Of a DNA stretch of 64,000 nt, positions 16,912-27,833 are shown in pieces. The stretch is from a virus, in IMG/VR virus record IMGVR_UViG_3300042308_000216, positions 1 through 64,000 of that record; one strand, written 5' to 3'. The translations under genes were made by a program, and so were the position numbers. The notes beneath the pieces were generated by a model that did no database searches, was not told the DNA's origin, and was given only the letters and a program-made list of their open reading frames with translations. Position 1 is the first letter of the stretch. Every line of letters starts with the position of its first letter.

Positions 16912-17751
16912 ATGTGTTCATGTACAGGAAGTTGTGATTGTAATTCTATAACAGTACCTAGAGGTCCTCAAGGTGAAAAAGGTGATACTGGTTCTCAGGG
17001 TATACAAGGTATACAAGGCCCAATTGGATTAACTGGTTCAATAGGACCACAAGGACCTAGTGGAGTTGTAAATGTAGAGGCTCCTGTTACAAATACAGGA
17101 ACACCTACTTCTGCTATAATTGGTGTTGATATAAATGAACTAGTAACTTTAATAAATACTTCTAATGCTGGAGTTGGTTTTATACCAACAGGAGCAATAG
17201 TAGCTTTTAGTGCATTAACTCCACCTACAGGATGGGCAACTTGTGTTGGACAAGAAGTTCTTAAAACCGGTGTTTATGCAGAATTATATGCAGTAATAGG
17301 AGATACTTATGGTACACCTAGTGGTGTTGATACTTTTATTTTACCTAATTTAAAAACAAAAGTGCCAGTAGGGTATGATTTTACAACTCCATTGTTTAAT
17401 ACAATGGGTAATTTTGGTGGTAGTACAGCAACTCCACTTAGTCAAGCTAACCTACCATTACATACTCATGGTAATACTTTTGCAGTTACAGGTAGTGGTT
17501 CTCATGATCACTATTCTAGACAAACTGTAAGTATTGGTGAAGGTGGATCAGATTTTAAAGTTGCAAAAATTGATGCAGATGATAATGGTGATGGTGGAAG
17601 TTACATAATAAACAGTGTACTATCTGGTTCAAATGGAGCACATACTCATAATATTTCTGGAACTATATTAGATGGTTCTGGAACATTTTTAAATACACCA
17701 GTTACTAACATGCAACCATACTTAGTAATTAACTATATAATTAAACTATAA
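16912..17751 (+). CDS. collagen-repeat fibre with phage tail-collar domain
   Basis: Gly-X-Y run, IPTGAIVAF..PPTGWATC.GQ..YAELYAVIG.TYG..TF.LPNL collar motif, HTH/HDH/HTH metal-binding tip motifs, NMQPYLVINYIIK end. Confidence 0.85.
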   Translation: MCSCTGSCDCNSITVPRGPQGEKGDTGSQGIQGIQGPIGLTGSIGPQGPSGVVNVEAPVTNTGTPTSAIIGVDINELVTLINTSNAGVGFIPTGAIVAFSALTPPTGWATCVGQEVLKTGVYAELYAVIGDTYGTPSGVDTFILPNLKTKVPVGYDFTTPLFNTMGNFGGSTATPLSQANLPLHTHGNTFAVTGSGSHDHYSRQTVSIGEGGSDFKVAKIDADDNGDGGSYIINSVLSGSNGAHTHNISGTILDGSGTFLNTPVTNMQPYLVINYIIKL

Positions 17752-17755
17752 AAAT

Positions 17756-18355
17756 ATGTGTGATTCTAACTGCGGCTGTGGCTGCAATTCAACAGTAATT
17801 CCAAGAGGTCCGCAAGGTATACCTGGCATACCTGCTACAATAGAACTAGGTACTGTAGCTACTGGAAATCCAGGTACTGATGTAATTATTACAAATTCAG
17901 GTACTACAGATAATGATGCTATATTTAACTTTACAATTCCTAGAGGAGATCAAGGAATACAAGGCCCTCCAGGCCCAAACGGAACTGGTACTCAAGGACC
18001 TCAAGGAGTACCTGGTATTGCTGCAACTATAGCAGTTAATTCTACAACAACAGGTTTACCTGGTACAAATGCTTTAGTAACAGCTGGTGGAACTCCTAGT
18101 GCAGTTCTTTTAAACTTTACTATTCCAAGAGGAGATACTGGAGCTACAGGAGAAACTGGACCTGAAGGTCCTCCTGGCACAAGTGGATTTATCTATGAAA
18201 CTTTTGATGGTAATACTATACCTGCAGAAGCTAATAGAGAAAATCAATATCTAAGAAGAAAAATTAGTAATGATGGTTATGAATTTGTAAATTTTTCACA
18301 AATGGTAGCTGACAATCAATTTCATATAAACAATTTAGGTTTTAATCAATTTTAA
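17756..18355 (+). CDS. collagen-like protein with FNFTIPRG repeats
   Basis: two ATI...(F/L)NFTIPRGD units with Gly-X-Y; Cys-rich N-terminus. Confidence 0.75.
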   Translation: MCDSNCGCGCNSTVIPRGPQGIPGIPATIELGTVATGNPGTDVIITNSGTTDNDAIFNFTIPRGDQGIQGPPGPNGTGTQGPQGVPGIAATIAVNSTTTGLPGTNALVTAGGTPSAVLLNFTIPRGDTGATGETGPEGPPGTSGFIYETFDGNTIPAEANRENQYLRRKISNDGYEFVNFSQMVADNQFHINNLGFNQF

Positions 18356-18357
18356 TC

Positions 18358-18735
18358 ATGGCAAAAAATACAATAGCATATTATACAAAAAGCGGTAGAG
18401 TATCAAGTAATAATGTTCCAAACAGTACACCAGTTACTATATTTGCAGCTGGTCCAGAAGGTAGTAAAATATTAGCAATAAATGCAGTTGCTATTAATAA
18501 TGTTAGCACTCTTACTCTACGTGTTGATGATGGTGATGGTAATATTAGTGTATTAGCAGTTTTACCAGGTCTAATATTAGAATCTAATGGAGATGTATTT
18601 GATTATATTCCTCTTCCACTGACTGGAAGCGGAAGTAAATATATGAATCTAGAAGCAGGTAGTACAATTACAGCTGGTGTATCAGGTAGTTCACCAATAA
18701 CTGCAACTGTTAGTGTATACGGAGAAGACTATTAA
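18358..18735 (+). CDS. small beta-rich virion protein
   Basis: 125-aa ORF in the tail module. Confidence 0.6.
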   Translation: MAKNTIAYYTKSGRVSSNNVPNSTPVTIFAAGPEGSKILAINAVAINNVSTLTLRVDDGDGNISVLAVLPGLILESNGDVFDYIPLPLTGSGSKYMNLEAGSTITAGVSGSSPITATVSVYGEDY

Positions 18736-18749
18736 AATTTATTAATAAA

Positions 18750-21700
18750 ATGATATTAACTACATCTCTTATAAACACAACAGTACTTAGAGCTTTTTGT
18801 GCATTAGGTGCAAAAGCAATTAAGTATTATGGAGGACTTGCTATAGGTAAGAATAACACTTGCTTATTTAGAGAAATGACTTTGCTTAGAGTATACATAG
18901 ATATACTCAAAAACTTTAAAATAGTAGGTAGTGAGATATCTTGCTGTTGTGAAATAGAAGGTGATTATGATACATTATTAAATAATCTATCTAATGCTAC
19001 AGAATCTCCAATACAATTTAATTGTGATGGTACTGGGTATATGATATTTATTGGTGATCCATATACATTTACATATTCTTATGATGAAGTACATAAAGTA
19101 ATGGTAATTAAGTTTGATATACCTAGTATTAGTTATACAAGTTACTTTGATGTAGTAGATCCTGGAATTAATAAATATTACGAATTTAAATTAGATGGTG
19201 TTGTTGTATATTCAAATACATCTACAACTTTTGATGATTTTATAGATGATTTTAACCTTACAAATCAATTAGGGTATACTCTAGTTGACACAGGTACATC
19301 TATTGTTATTACTTCTGAGTTTGGATTTGTTAGAGAAGATATATCTATTACACAAGGAACATCTGAAATATTTATAGAAGAAACAATTATTATAGGTGAT
19401 GATATTACAGAAACATTTAACTATGTATCATTTAGTGAAGCTTGTAGTCTGAGATCTTCATTAAATTCTCCATTCCAACCAATATCACCATTAAAAGTAG
19501 CTACATTAGATATAACAGGTGTTGGTTTACAAAATGAAGATTATACTATTACAATACTTGACCAATTTGGTAATTTAATAACAACACAAACATTTTCTGG
19601 TGATTATTTAATAGACCCAGATGCAGTTGCATTGCAATGGAATATACAATATGGATATGCTAATAATTGGTTAATGACTTACAATGGTTCAGAGTATGTA
19701 TTTACTTCTCCTTTTACTGGTATTAATTATGAAGGATATCAAATAAGTTTTTCACAAACTGAAGATGTTGCAGTTCCTGGTATAAAAGCAAGTGCTACGG
19801 GTGTTGTTAATTTTGTTGAATTTAATAATCTTTTTAATAATTATGTTAATAGTACTTTATTAGGTGGTACAACAGCAGGAATTAGTTCAACTCCAAACTC
19901 AATAGCTCTTGGATTAGGTGGAGCAATAGTAGCATTAGGATTAGGCTATACATATTCAGTAACTGGTAATGTAATTACTTTGTATGCACCTACAGTAGGT
20001 ACATCATTTAATGGATTACCTTATCAAATAGAAAGAATAGTTTCACAAATTGTAAACACAGTTACATTTTGCATAATTACAAGTTCAGCAAATGGTGATA
20101 CAATTACAATAACTGTTAATACTGATTCAGGTCCTGTAGTTATTGGTACATATGTAGCTACTAATATAGATGCTCCATTTAAAGTAGCTCTTGAACTTAC
20201 TATTTCTATAAATACAGGAGGTACTGGATTTACAGCAGTTCAAGATAATAGTTGCATAACAATATCACCACCATCAGGTAGTGGTAATACTTATGTAGGT
20301 GATACAGTAAATGCTGATAAAACAGGAACTGTAAGAATAGAGCCAAATATTCAAACTTTTCCAGGTAATGTACCTGCATCAGAATCTGTTATAAGTTTTG
20401 ATTTATTTGAAGGTGGGCAAGATCCTAATCTAGGACCTTCTGTTATAACATATAATTCTGTATTTGAAGAAGTAGGTAGCACAACTCCTTTTGTTAATAG
20501 GAATCCTTGTATTACAAGATGTCATGAAACTAGTATAAACATTACAGGAACAGCTACAGAATACTACAATGATTTAATCATATTGTCTATTTTAAACCCA
20601 TTAGGTAATCCAGAATATTCAGCAGCATATCCAATAACTATGACATTGCAAGAAATTGTAGATGCTTGGAATGCTGACCCTAATACAGTATTATATCCTG
20701 CAACATTAGATGGTACTGTAATAAGTTTTAAATCTTGTTTACCTTTATTTGATGCTTATCCTTATAAAGCAGAACTTGTTCAATATGAAAATGGTACTAA
20801 TGCTGCTACTATTCTATTAATCAATAGTAGTGTGTTACCTTCTTCAGGACCTTTTGTTGTATCAAATTCTTTGAATGGTACTGTATATAATAGTACAACA
20901 TCTTTTAATACTATTGAAGAATTTATTGATGATTTTAATGATTTAAACACAGGAGATTTTAATGCTACTTATGTAGGACCAGAAACATCACCTAATCCAC
21001 CTCCAGTATATTCAAATGCATTATTAACTATAAATGAACCTTTTGGTTCTTTAGATGGATTACTTTTAAAATTAGAAGCTTCTATTTTTAATGGTTCTAC
21101 ATATGGGCCACCAGTTCTTATAGGTAGTTATACTGTACAAGCAGGTGATACTAATTCAATTATAGCAACTGGATTAAGAAACGGTGTAAATAATGCTAAT
21201 ATTTTTCAAGGTACTGCTATTACACCACCTCCATTTACTGGAGATTTAGTATTAACAGTTAATGATAATGCTACATTACCATCACAACAAGAAGACTATA
21301 ATGGTAATGTTTTAGCTTTATATAAAACAGTACCAAATGGTTTTGCTTCTACTACTCTTAAAATAGCAACTGCTTTTGTACCAGCAGTTTTACAAATAGG
21401 AGTACTTAGTACTCCATCTGTATCATTTCCAACGTATAATATACTTAATACAGATACATCTGAAGATATTGTAGATGCTTATGTTAATATTATTAATACT
21501 TCAGGTACAGGATTTACAGCTTATAATATAGGATCAGGTATTCCTCCTTATGCATATTTATTAATAGAAGCTCCTAACCCTGGCTCATATTTTAATAATA
21601 CTGGTTTAAGTATTTCAGCTACTGCTATTAGTATTACTTCACTATCTACACCAACATTTACTTTTCAAGGAGGTACTGACACTGAAATAGGTATAGATTT

Positions 21701-22007
21701 TACACTTTTTAGTGGTGGTGAAAATCCAGGACCACTAGAGCCTACTGGTAATTCATTTGTAGAATTCTCTGTAACAGGAGAAGAGTATAATACTATTGAT
21801 TTAACTTATGATTATAATTCAGGTGCTTATATAGATACTAATACTTTATCAGGAGCTGTTAATGCAACTCGTGAAGAGTATATTAATAATTTTACATTAT
21901 GTGAAGAACAACCAGGTTCTTGTATGTCTACAACAGTAACACAAACTTGCTTATCTAATGATGATGTTAAGAAAGTTATAACTAACATAAACAAAATAAT
22001 AAAATAA
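18750..22007 (+). CDS. large tail-associated protein with repeated beta domains
   Basis: 1085 aa, T/G/N-rich internal repeats (IN..GTGFTA), helical Cys-containing termini. Confidence 0.6.
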   Translation: MILTTSLINTTVLRAFCALGAKAIKYYGGLAIGKNNTCLFREMTLLRVYIDILKNFKIVGSEISCCCEIEGDYDTLLNNLSNATESPIQFNCDGTGYMIFIGDPYTFTYSYDEVHKVMVIKFDIPSISYTSYFDVVDPGINKYYEFKLDGVVVYSNTSTTFDDFIDDFNLTNQLGYTLVDTGTSIVITSEFGFVREDISITQGTSEIFIEETIIIGDDITETFNYVSFSEACSLRSSLNSPFQPISPLKVATLDITGVGLQNEDYTITILDQFGNLITTQTFSGDYLIDPDAVALQWNIQYGYANNWLMTYNGSEYVFTSPFTGINYEGYQISFSQTEDVAVPGIKASATGVVNFVEFNNLFNNYVNSTLLGGTTAGISSTPNSIALGLGGAIVALGLGYTYSVTGNVITLYAPTVGTSFNGLPYQIERIVSQIVNTVTFCIITSSANGDTITITVNTDSGPVVIGTYVATNIDAPFKVALELTISINTGGTGFTAVQDNSCITISPPSGSGNTYVGDTVNADKTGTVRIEPNIQTFPGNVPASESVISFDLFEGGQDPNLGPSVITYNSVFEEVGSTTPFVNRNPCITRCHETSINITGTATEYYNDLIILSILNPLGNPEYSAAYPITMTLQEIVDAWNADPNTVLYPATLDGTVISFKSCLPLFDAYPYKAELVQYENGTNAATILLINSSVLPSSGPFVVSNSLNGTVYNSTTSFNTIEEFIDDFNDLNTGDFNATYVGPETSPNPPPVYSNALLTINEPFGSLDGLLLKLEASIFNGSTYGPPVLIGSYTVQAGDTNSIIATGLRNGVNNANIFQGTAITPPPFTGDLVLTVNDNATLPSQQEDYNGNVLALYKTVPNGFASTTLKIATAFVPAVLQIGVLSTPSVSFPTYNILNTDTSEDIVDAYVNIINTSGTGFTAYNIGSGIPPYAYLLIEAPNPGSYFNNTGLSISATAISITSLSTPTFTFQGGTDTEIGIDFTLFSGGENPGPLEPTGNSFVEFSVTGEEYNTIDLTYDYNSGAYIDTNTLSGAVNATREEYINNFTLCEEQPGSCMSTTVTQTCLSNDDVKKVITNINKIIK

Positions 22008-22011
22008 AAAT

Positions 22012-22374
22012 ATGAGTAATTATTTCCCAGATGGTAGACCCATCCAAAGAATGATGCATGCCCTTAGTAGTGATGCTGAAATAGTAGCAATATCACCTAC
22101 TGATTTAACAGGTAATGTAATACAAGCATTTAAAGCAGATTTTGTAACAAATCCTAATAATTATCCAGGATACACTGCTAATTCATTTAATGAAGTGTTA
22201 AATAAAGCAAATATAATATATATTATGGCTGATGGTGGGTATTTTAATTTATCTAATAACCTTAATAAAGTATACCCACCAATAGGTGGTATGTACATAC
22301 ATGGAGCTGAAACTATTAGAAAAATTAATGTAAGTGCTTGCCAAGTTATTTTATTCATTAAACCAACACCTTAA
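22012..22374 (+). CDS. hypothetical virion protein
   Basis: 120-aa ORF in the tail module. Confidence 0.55.
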   Translation: MSNYFPDGRPIQRMMHALSSDAEIVAISPTDLTGNVIQAFKADFVTNPNNYPGYTANSFNEVLNKANIIYIMADGGYFNLSNNLNKVYPPIGGMYIHGAETIRKINVSACQVILFIKPTP

Positions 22375-24332
22375 TGTTTAAATTCAATAACCCAAGAAAA
22401 GATTATAGCATTAGACCTCCTAAACAGGCTATTGCTAATAATGCTTTCTATGTTATTGATAGTGCTAACATAGATTTTGCATATAATACTATTAACAAAG
22501 AGTTAACTGCTAATCTAACAAAGACAGGAGTTATTGCAGGTACTTATGGTAGTTCTACTATAGTCCCTGTAATAACTCTTGACATTTATGGTAGAATAAC
22601 AGGAGTTACTACTGCTACAATACCAGAATTATTATTACAAACTAATAGTGTAGATAATCCTACACAAACTATATTAAATTTAATAGCAGGTACCAATATG
22701 ACTATCACTGATGATGGTCTAGGTAATATTACATTTGATTCTACAGGAGGAAGTGGTGGAACCTATACAGCAGATAATGGTATTACTGAAACTACAAATA
22801 ACTTTCAATTAGGTGGACCGCTTGTTCTTAATACTGTTATAAGTGGTGCTACCAGAGCATATGGAATTGATTTTAGTGAGCTTAGTTATATTACTGGAAC
22901 TACTGACCAATTAAATGTAGTAGCTGATAATGGTATAGATAATACACAGCTAGACATATCTGGTGGAGGTGGTCAAATTATTCATACTAATACTGTTGCA
23001 GGATCTCAATCTGCTGTATTACTTCAGTCAAGTACAGCAGCATTACAGCAAATTTCTGCTGCAAGTGGTGGATCTATTCAATTTACTTCAGCATTTGGCT
23101 TATTTGGATATTATCATACCCCAGTATTGACCCAAGTTCAATACCAAGTAGAAATTAATTCTGTTGGAATACACGTAGTTACACCAAATGTTCAAGCTTT
23201 AACAGCTAGTGTTGGTCAGGTACTTACATTACAAAATGCTACAACAGGACAGGTAGAGTTTCAAACTTCAACTGCTGGGGGTGGTGGAGGTGGTAGAAGT
23301 TACTATTTAAATGGAAGCGTTGTTCAAGGAACATTTGGAGGTATAACTGACATGAGACAAATGAGTCCAGTTCCTGTTATTGGAACTGGGGCTGACTTTC
23401 AAATAAGTTCAAATGGATATATTAAGAGCTTTATAACAGATGCTGGAGACCCCAACAAGGCTGTAATTCCTGCTGGTAATTGGAATTTTGAGTTATGGTT
23501 TAGTGCTAACAATGGTGGAGGAAGTCCTAGTTTTTACGTAGAACTTTCTAAATATGATACAGTAGGTGGTACATTTACACCTATTTCAACAAGCTCTACA
23601 AATCCAGAAGGTATTACAAATGGAACGGCAATAGATCTTTATTTTACAGCACTTAGTGTACCACAAACTACTCTTGCTTTAACAGATAGACTTGCTGTAA
23701 GAGTCTTTGTAAACAATAGTGGTAGAACAATTACACTACATACACAAGGTCCTCACCTTAGTCAAATAATTACAGATTTTCCATCAGGTATTGTTTCTCT
23801 TAATGGGCTAACTGCATTTACACAAAACTTTGCAACACCAGGTACAACAGGATTAACACCTAATTGGGTTTCTAGTTCAGATACTCATACATTAAATATT
23901 CCATTAGCTAGTACAGCAAGTGTAACAGCAGGGTTAATTAGTAATACTGATTATACAGCATTTAAAGCTGGTTCTTGTGGTGTTATATTTACTGCTGTAA
24001 GTGGTGTAATAACTAATGGTACTACAGGATATGCTCAAGTACCATATGATGGAACAATTACAGGATGGACTCTTGTATCAACAAGTGCATCAGGTAGCTG
24101 TACAGTTACAGTATTTAAAGATGCTTTTGCTAACTATCCTCCTACTTCACCTACTGATAATATATTTACAGTACAACCTGCACTTGTTTCTCAGATAAAA
24201 AATCAAAATTTATCTCCTACATTTGTAGGCTCACAAGCAACTGTAGCTGCAGGAGATTGGATTGGATTTACAATCTCAGGTGTAGCTTTAGTATCTTGGG
24301 TAAATTTAACATTATCAATAACTAAGACATAA
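22374..24332 (+). CDS. tail fibre / spike protein
   Basis: GTYGSSTIVPVITLDIYGRITG and YTADNGIT fibre motifs, modular beta domains. Confidence 0.7.
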   Translation: MFKFNNPRKDYSIRPPKQAIANNAFYVIDSANIDFAYNTINKELTANLTKTGVIAGTYGSSTIVPVITLDIYGRITGVTTATIPELLLQTNSVDNPTQTILNLIAGTNMTITDDGLGNITFDSTGGSGGTYTADNGITETTNNFQLGGPLVLNTVISGATRAYGIDFSELSYITGTTDQLNVVADNGIDNTQLDISGGGGQIIHTNTVAGSQSAVLLQSSTAALQQISAASGGSIQFTSAFGLFGYYHTPVLTQVQYQVEINSVGIHVVTPNVQALTASVGQVLTLQNATTGQVEFQTSTAGGGGGGRSYYLNGSVVQGTFGGITDMRQMSPVPVIGTGADFQISSNGYIKSFITDAGDPNKAVIPAGNWNFELWFSANNGGGSPSFYVELSKYDTVGGTFTPISTSSTNPEGITNGTAIDLYFTALSVPQTTLALTDRLAVRVFVNNSGRTITLHTQGPHLSQIITDFPSGIVSLNGLTAFTQNFATPGTTGLTPNWVSSSDTHTLNIPLASTASVTAGLISNTDYTAFKAGSCGVIFTAVSGVITNGTTGYAQVPYDGTITGWTLVSTSASGSCTVTVFKDAFANYPPTSPTDNIFTVQPALVSQIKNQNLSPTFVGSQATVAAGDWIGFTISGVALVSWVNLTLSITKT

Positions 24333-24724
24333 TGCCACTTACAATACTAGGAACATTATCATTATCAGGAAGTGCTACATTTGCAGGAACAGATGGGTGG
24401 ACTTGTGGTACATTATCTTTAACTGCAGCAGGTACATTTACTATAACATTACAAAATAGTATTACATATACTACAACTACAGCAGCTATATTAACAGGGG
24501 GAACTAATGCTGCTAGATATACAATGACATCTAATAGTGGTACAGTAAGGGCTATATGGACATTAGAAAATGGAGCATCGCAATCTTTAATATATGTACA
24601 AGGTACACGTATAGATTCATCAAGTGGTCAAACAATATATCCATTTGGTGTAACACCAATAGATTCTCTAAATTGGGTTCAGCTTACAACTCCAGGAAGT
24701 GTAGCATACACATTTGTGAGTTAA
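24332..24724 (+). CDS. beta-solenoid cap-like protein, paralog of 26633-27355
   Basis: shared N-terminal pattern L.I.GTL...G..TF and C-terminal IDS...NW..L. Confidence 0.6.
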   Translation: MPLTILGTLSLSGSATFAGTDGWTCGTLSLTAAGTFTITLQNSITYTTTTAAILTGGTNAARYTMTSNSGTVRAIWTLENGASQSLIYVQGTRIDSSSGQTIYPFGVTPIDSLNWVQLTTPGSVAYTFVS

Positions 24725-24754
24725 TTTTAATTATATTTGTAAAAATATTAAGGT

Positions 24755-24997
24755 ATGACATATAAAATACTTTCTACAAGACAAATAGATGAAACGCTAT
24801 TTACAACTGTTGAATATAACTTTGATGGCAATATTGTTACTATTGAAGTAGCACATTTTATGCCTAAAACAGAAGAAGAAATTGAACAAAATATCATTAA
24901 TAGAGCTTCAACAGAAGTAGCTAAAATAGAAGCATCTGCAACTATTTCTACATTAGTTGAATCTATTGTTATTGGTGAAATAAAACCTATTGAGTAA
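24755..24997 (+). CDS. small acidic protein, possible fibre assembly chaperone
   Basis: 80 aa; own TATATTTG element at 24732-24739. Confidence 0.55.
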   Translation: MTYKILSTRQIDETLFTTVEYNFDGNIVTIEVAHFMPKTEEEIEQNIINRASTEVAKIEASATISTLVESIVIGEIKPIE

Positions 24998-26628
24998 TGG
25001 CTTTAAGATATTGGAGACCAGGGGGTACAGGTAATTGGAATAGCACTACAAATTGGAGTGATACTCCAACTGGAGTAACAGGATCTACTGTCCCATCTGC
25101 TATAGATGATGTATTTTTTACTTCTAATTCTGGTTCAGGTACAGCTACTGTAACTTCTGGAGCTCTTTGTAAAAGTATTAATTTAACAAGTTTTGGAGGC
25201 TCTTTAGCCATGTCTAATTCTATATCAGTTTCAGGAGATGTAACTATTGGAGCAGGCATGGTTTCTGCACAAATAACTGGAGTTGGTAGTTTTACTATAA
25301 ATGCTAATTCAACATTTGATATTTTAAATGGAGTTGTAATTCCAAATATTGCAATAGCTACTGCAACATCTGGTGTAAACGTAACAATAACTTTAGTTAG
25401 AGATGTAACAATAACTAATTTTACATCAACACAAAATGGTCCAAATACTGTAAATAGTTTTTTAATAAATAGAACTTCAGTTGGTAATGGAGATAATTTA
25501 TTTATTACTGGTAATTTTACACATAACGCCAATCTTATACTTTTAACAGGGACTTCTAAAATCAATTTTATTACGTCTACTACATCTGTACTTAGCAATA
25601 CTTCTTCAACAGTAATTAGTGTAATTATTAATGCAACTGGAACATTGACTGGAACTTTATATAAAAATGGAGGAACATTAGTTAGAACCGCAGGTACTGT
25701 TAGTGGTGTAAATTTAACTATATATGGATGCACAATTACTTCAAATGGTGCTATATGGGGTAATATAACAAGTCCAGCTATTAATAGTAGTACTATTACA
25801 ACTAACGATGATTTGATTTGTACAGGTACCTTTGCACAAGCTAATTCATATTTTGTTGCTTGGGTGCATAACAGTAGTAGTGTAGTTAGAATGAGAGGTA
25901 CATCAGCACTTATAAATTCTAGAGGATTATCTGTAGTATTTGATGGATCTCAAAATTGTTCGATTATTAGTGGTAATCAGATAAATACGTTGGATATGAC
26001 ATTCAATCCTTTTAGTGGATGTCAATTAACTATTGGAGCATTTACATTATCAGGTGGTGGAAATACTATAACTTATTTAGATTCTAATGGAGGTCCAGTA
26101 CCTTTATCAACTGGATTACTTACTTTTAATAGTACTACTATTATGAATACAACACCTTCTATATCTAAATATATTATTTGGAATTCATTTACTATTGTTA
26201 CTTCTGGAGCAACACTTACATTAACTACAGATTTACACGTTTCATTTACTACAGCAATGGCTGGTAATTTTGTATTAAACACATCAACTGGAAGCAAACT
26301 TTATATGGGCGGGACTAACGCTATTCCCACAAGTTACGCAATATCAGGAACAGCAATAATTGTTTTATATTATACAGGAACACTACAAACTAATGGAGGC
26401 ACTATTTCTTCTAATATATTGATATCACCAAATACTGGTCAAACTTATACAATATCATCTTTAATAAAATCAGGTAATGGGTCTAGTATAACATACACTT
26501 CAGGTGGAGGTGTAATTAATGCAACTAGTGGTACATTAACAATTATTGCAAATATAACAATTGCTACTGGTAGTATGTCTTGGGGAAATGTAACAACAGC
26601 TAATAATACAACTATTACAATAAACTAA
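24997..26628 (+). CDS. beta-helix receptor-binding / adhesin-like protein
   Basis: RYWRPGGTGNWNSTTNWS...VPSAIDDVFF N-terminal motif followed by T/S/G/I-rich solenoid repeats. Confidence 0.7.
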   Translation: MALRYWRPGGTGNWNSTTNWSDTPTGVTGSTVPSAIDDVFFTSNSGSGTATVTSGALCKSINLTSFGGSLAMSNSISVSGDVTIGAGMVSAQITGVGSFTINANSTFDILNGVVIPNIAIATATSGVNVTITLVRDVTITNFTSTQNGPNTVNSFLINRTSVGNGDNLFITGNFTHNANLILLTGTSKINFITSTTSVLSNTSSTVISVIINATGTLTGTLYKNGGTLVRTAGTVSGVNLTIYGCTITSNGAIWGNITSPAINSSTITTNDDLICTGTFAQANSYFVAWVHNSSSVVRMRGTSALINSRGLSVVFDGSQNCSIISGNQINTLDMTFNPFSGCQLTIGAFTLSGGGNTITYLDSNGGPVPLSTGLLTFNSTTIMNTTPSISKYIIWNSFTIVTSGATLTLTTDLHVSFTTAMAGNFVLNTSTGSKLYMGGTNAIPTSYAISGTAIIVLYYTGTLQTNGGTISSNILISPNTGQTYTISSLIKSGNGSSITYTSGGGVINATSGTLTIIANITIATGSMSWGNVTTANNTTITIN

Positions 26629-26632
26629 TACT

Positions 26633-27355
26633 ATGGCTTTAAATATAGGAGGTACTTTAAATATAGGAGGAAATACTACTTTTAGTAGTAGCTCTTCTCA
26701 AGGATTTATAACTGTAAATTATACTCAAACAGCACCAGGTTCTATAGTTACATTAAAATCAGGAGTTACATATACAGTTAGTGGGCAGTTAACTATTACA
26801 GGTACTGCAGCATCAAGATGTACTTTACAAGCAACTAGTCTTATAAATATTGCTACTGGCTTTGTAACACCAGGAGCTCCTAGTGGAACTTTAAATATTT
26901 CAAGTGCAGGTGTTACTATTACTTCACCACCATCAGGATATTATAATATAATGAGTCAATTCCCAGGAAATGCACCATTATTAAAAAGAGGTGTTGCTGG
27001 AATGAATGGTTCAAATGTAACTTCAATCACATCTTTTCCAACAGTACCACCAGGTACTTCTCCTGGTAACTTTACTTTAGGAAATAATAGAAGTTTTACA
27101 ATGAGCTCTAGAAATATACAAATAGGATTAACTACTAAATTTATTCATACTTCTGTTCTAGGTGATGCTGCTAGAAGTTTAAATTATGTAACTACTTTTG
27201 ATATAGATAGTACAGGCAGTAGTGGTGGTACAATTAAAGCTGATAATTCTTATCAAAATAGAGTTGGTATTCCTAATCCTAACTTGTGGAGAACAATTAA
27301 TTGGGATTCTTTAGTACCTTTAACACCATTAATTACTGTAGGTTATATAGAATAA
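26633..27355 (+). CDS. beta-solenoid C-terminal module (paralog of 24332-24724)
   Basis: follows 24997-26628 by 4 nt with the same repeat style. Confidence 0.6.
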   Translation: MALNIGGTLNIGGNTTFSSSSSQGFITVNYTQTAPGSIVTLKSGVTYTVSGQLTITGTAASRCTLQATSLINIATGFVTPGAPSGTLNISSAGVTITSPPSGYYNIMSQFPGNAPLLKRGVAGMNGSNVTSITSFPTVPPGTSPGNFTLGNNRSFTMSSRNIQIGLTTKFIHTSVLGDAARSLNYVTTFDIDSTGSSGGTIKADNSYQNRVGIPNPNLWRTINWDSLVPLTPLITVGYIE

Positions 27356-27357
27356 TT

Positions 27358-27816
27358 ATGAGTTCACCGACTAAAACAAGTTCTAAAGGAATTGAACTAA
27401 TTAAATCTTTTGAAGGTTTTTATGCAAAACCTTATATGTGTCCAGCTAATGTAGCTACAATTGGCTATGGTACAACTAGATATCCTAATGGTAAAAAAGT
27501 AACATTGAATGATAGTCCTATAACAGAAGCAGTAGCAATAGAGTATCTAAAAGATTCTTTAATAAAATTTGAACGTGATGTTGATGCTTTTTGCAGAGAT
27601 GACATTAATCAAAATCAATTTGATGCTATAGTATCATTCTGTTATAATGTTGGGTCTAGTGCTTTAAAATCATCAACATTATTAAAAAAATTAAACGTAA
27701 ATCCTAATGATCCTAATTTAGTACAAGAGTTTGCTAAATGGAATAAAGGTGGTGGAAGAGTACTAAAAGGTCTAGTTAGACGTAGAAAAGCAGAGGCTGA
27801 TTTATACTTTGCTTAA
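27358..27816 (+). CDS. endolysin, GH24 (T4/P21-type) lysozyme
   Basis: LIKSFEG..PYMCPANVATIGYGTT, NQNQFDAIVSFCYNVG, GLVRRRKAE; likely start 27358 (track gives 27301). Confidence 0.92.
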   Translation: MSSPTKTSSKGIELIKSFEGFYAKPYMCPANVATIGYGTTRYPNGKKVTLNDSPITEAVAIEYLKDSLIKFERDVDAFCRDDINQNQFDAIVSFCYNVGSSALKSSTLLKKLNVNPNDPNLVQEFAKWNKGGGRVLKGLVRRRKAEADLYFA

Positions 27817-27833
27817 TTAAGTATCTTTGTAGT

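Noticed and set aside
24987-25733. 248-aa minus-strand ORF and the other minus-strand ORFs from 2952 to 61580
   Set aside because: antisense shadows of well-supported plus-strand genes; no motifs
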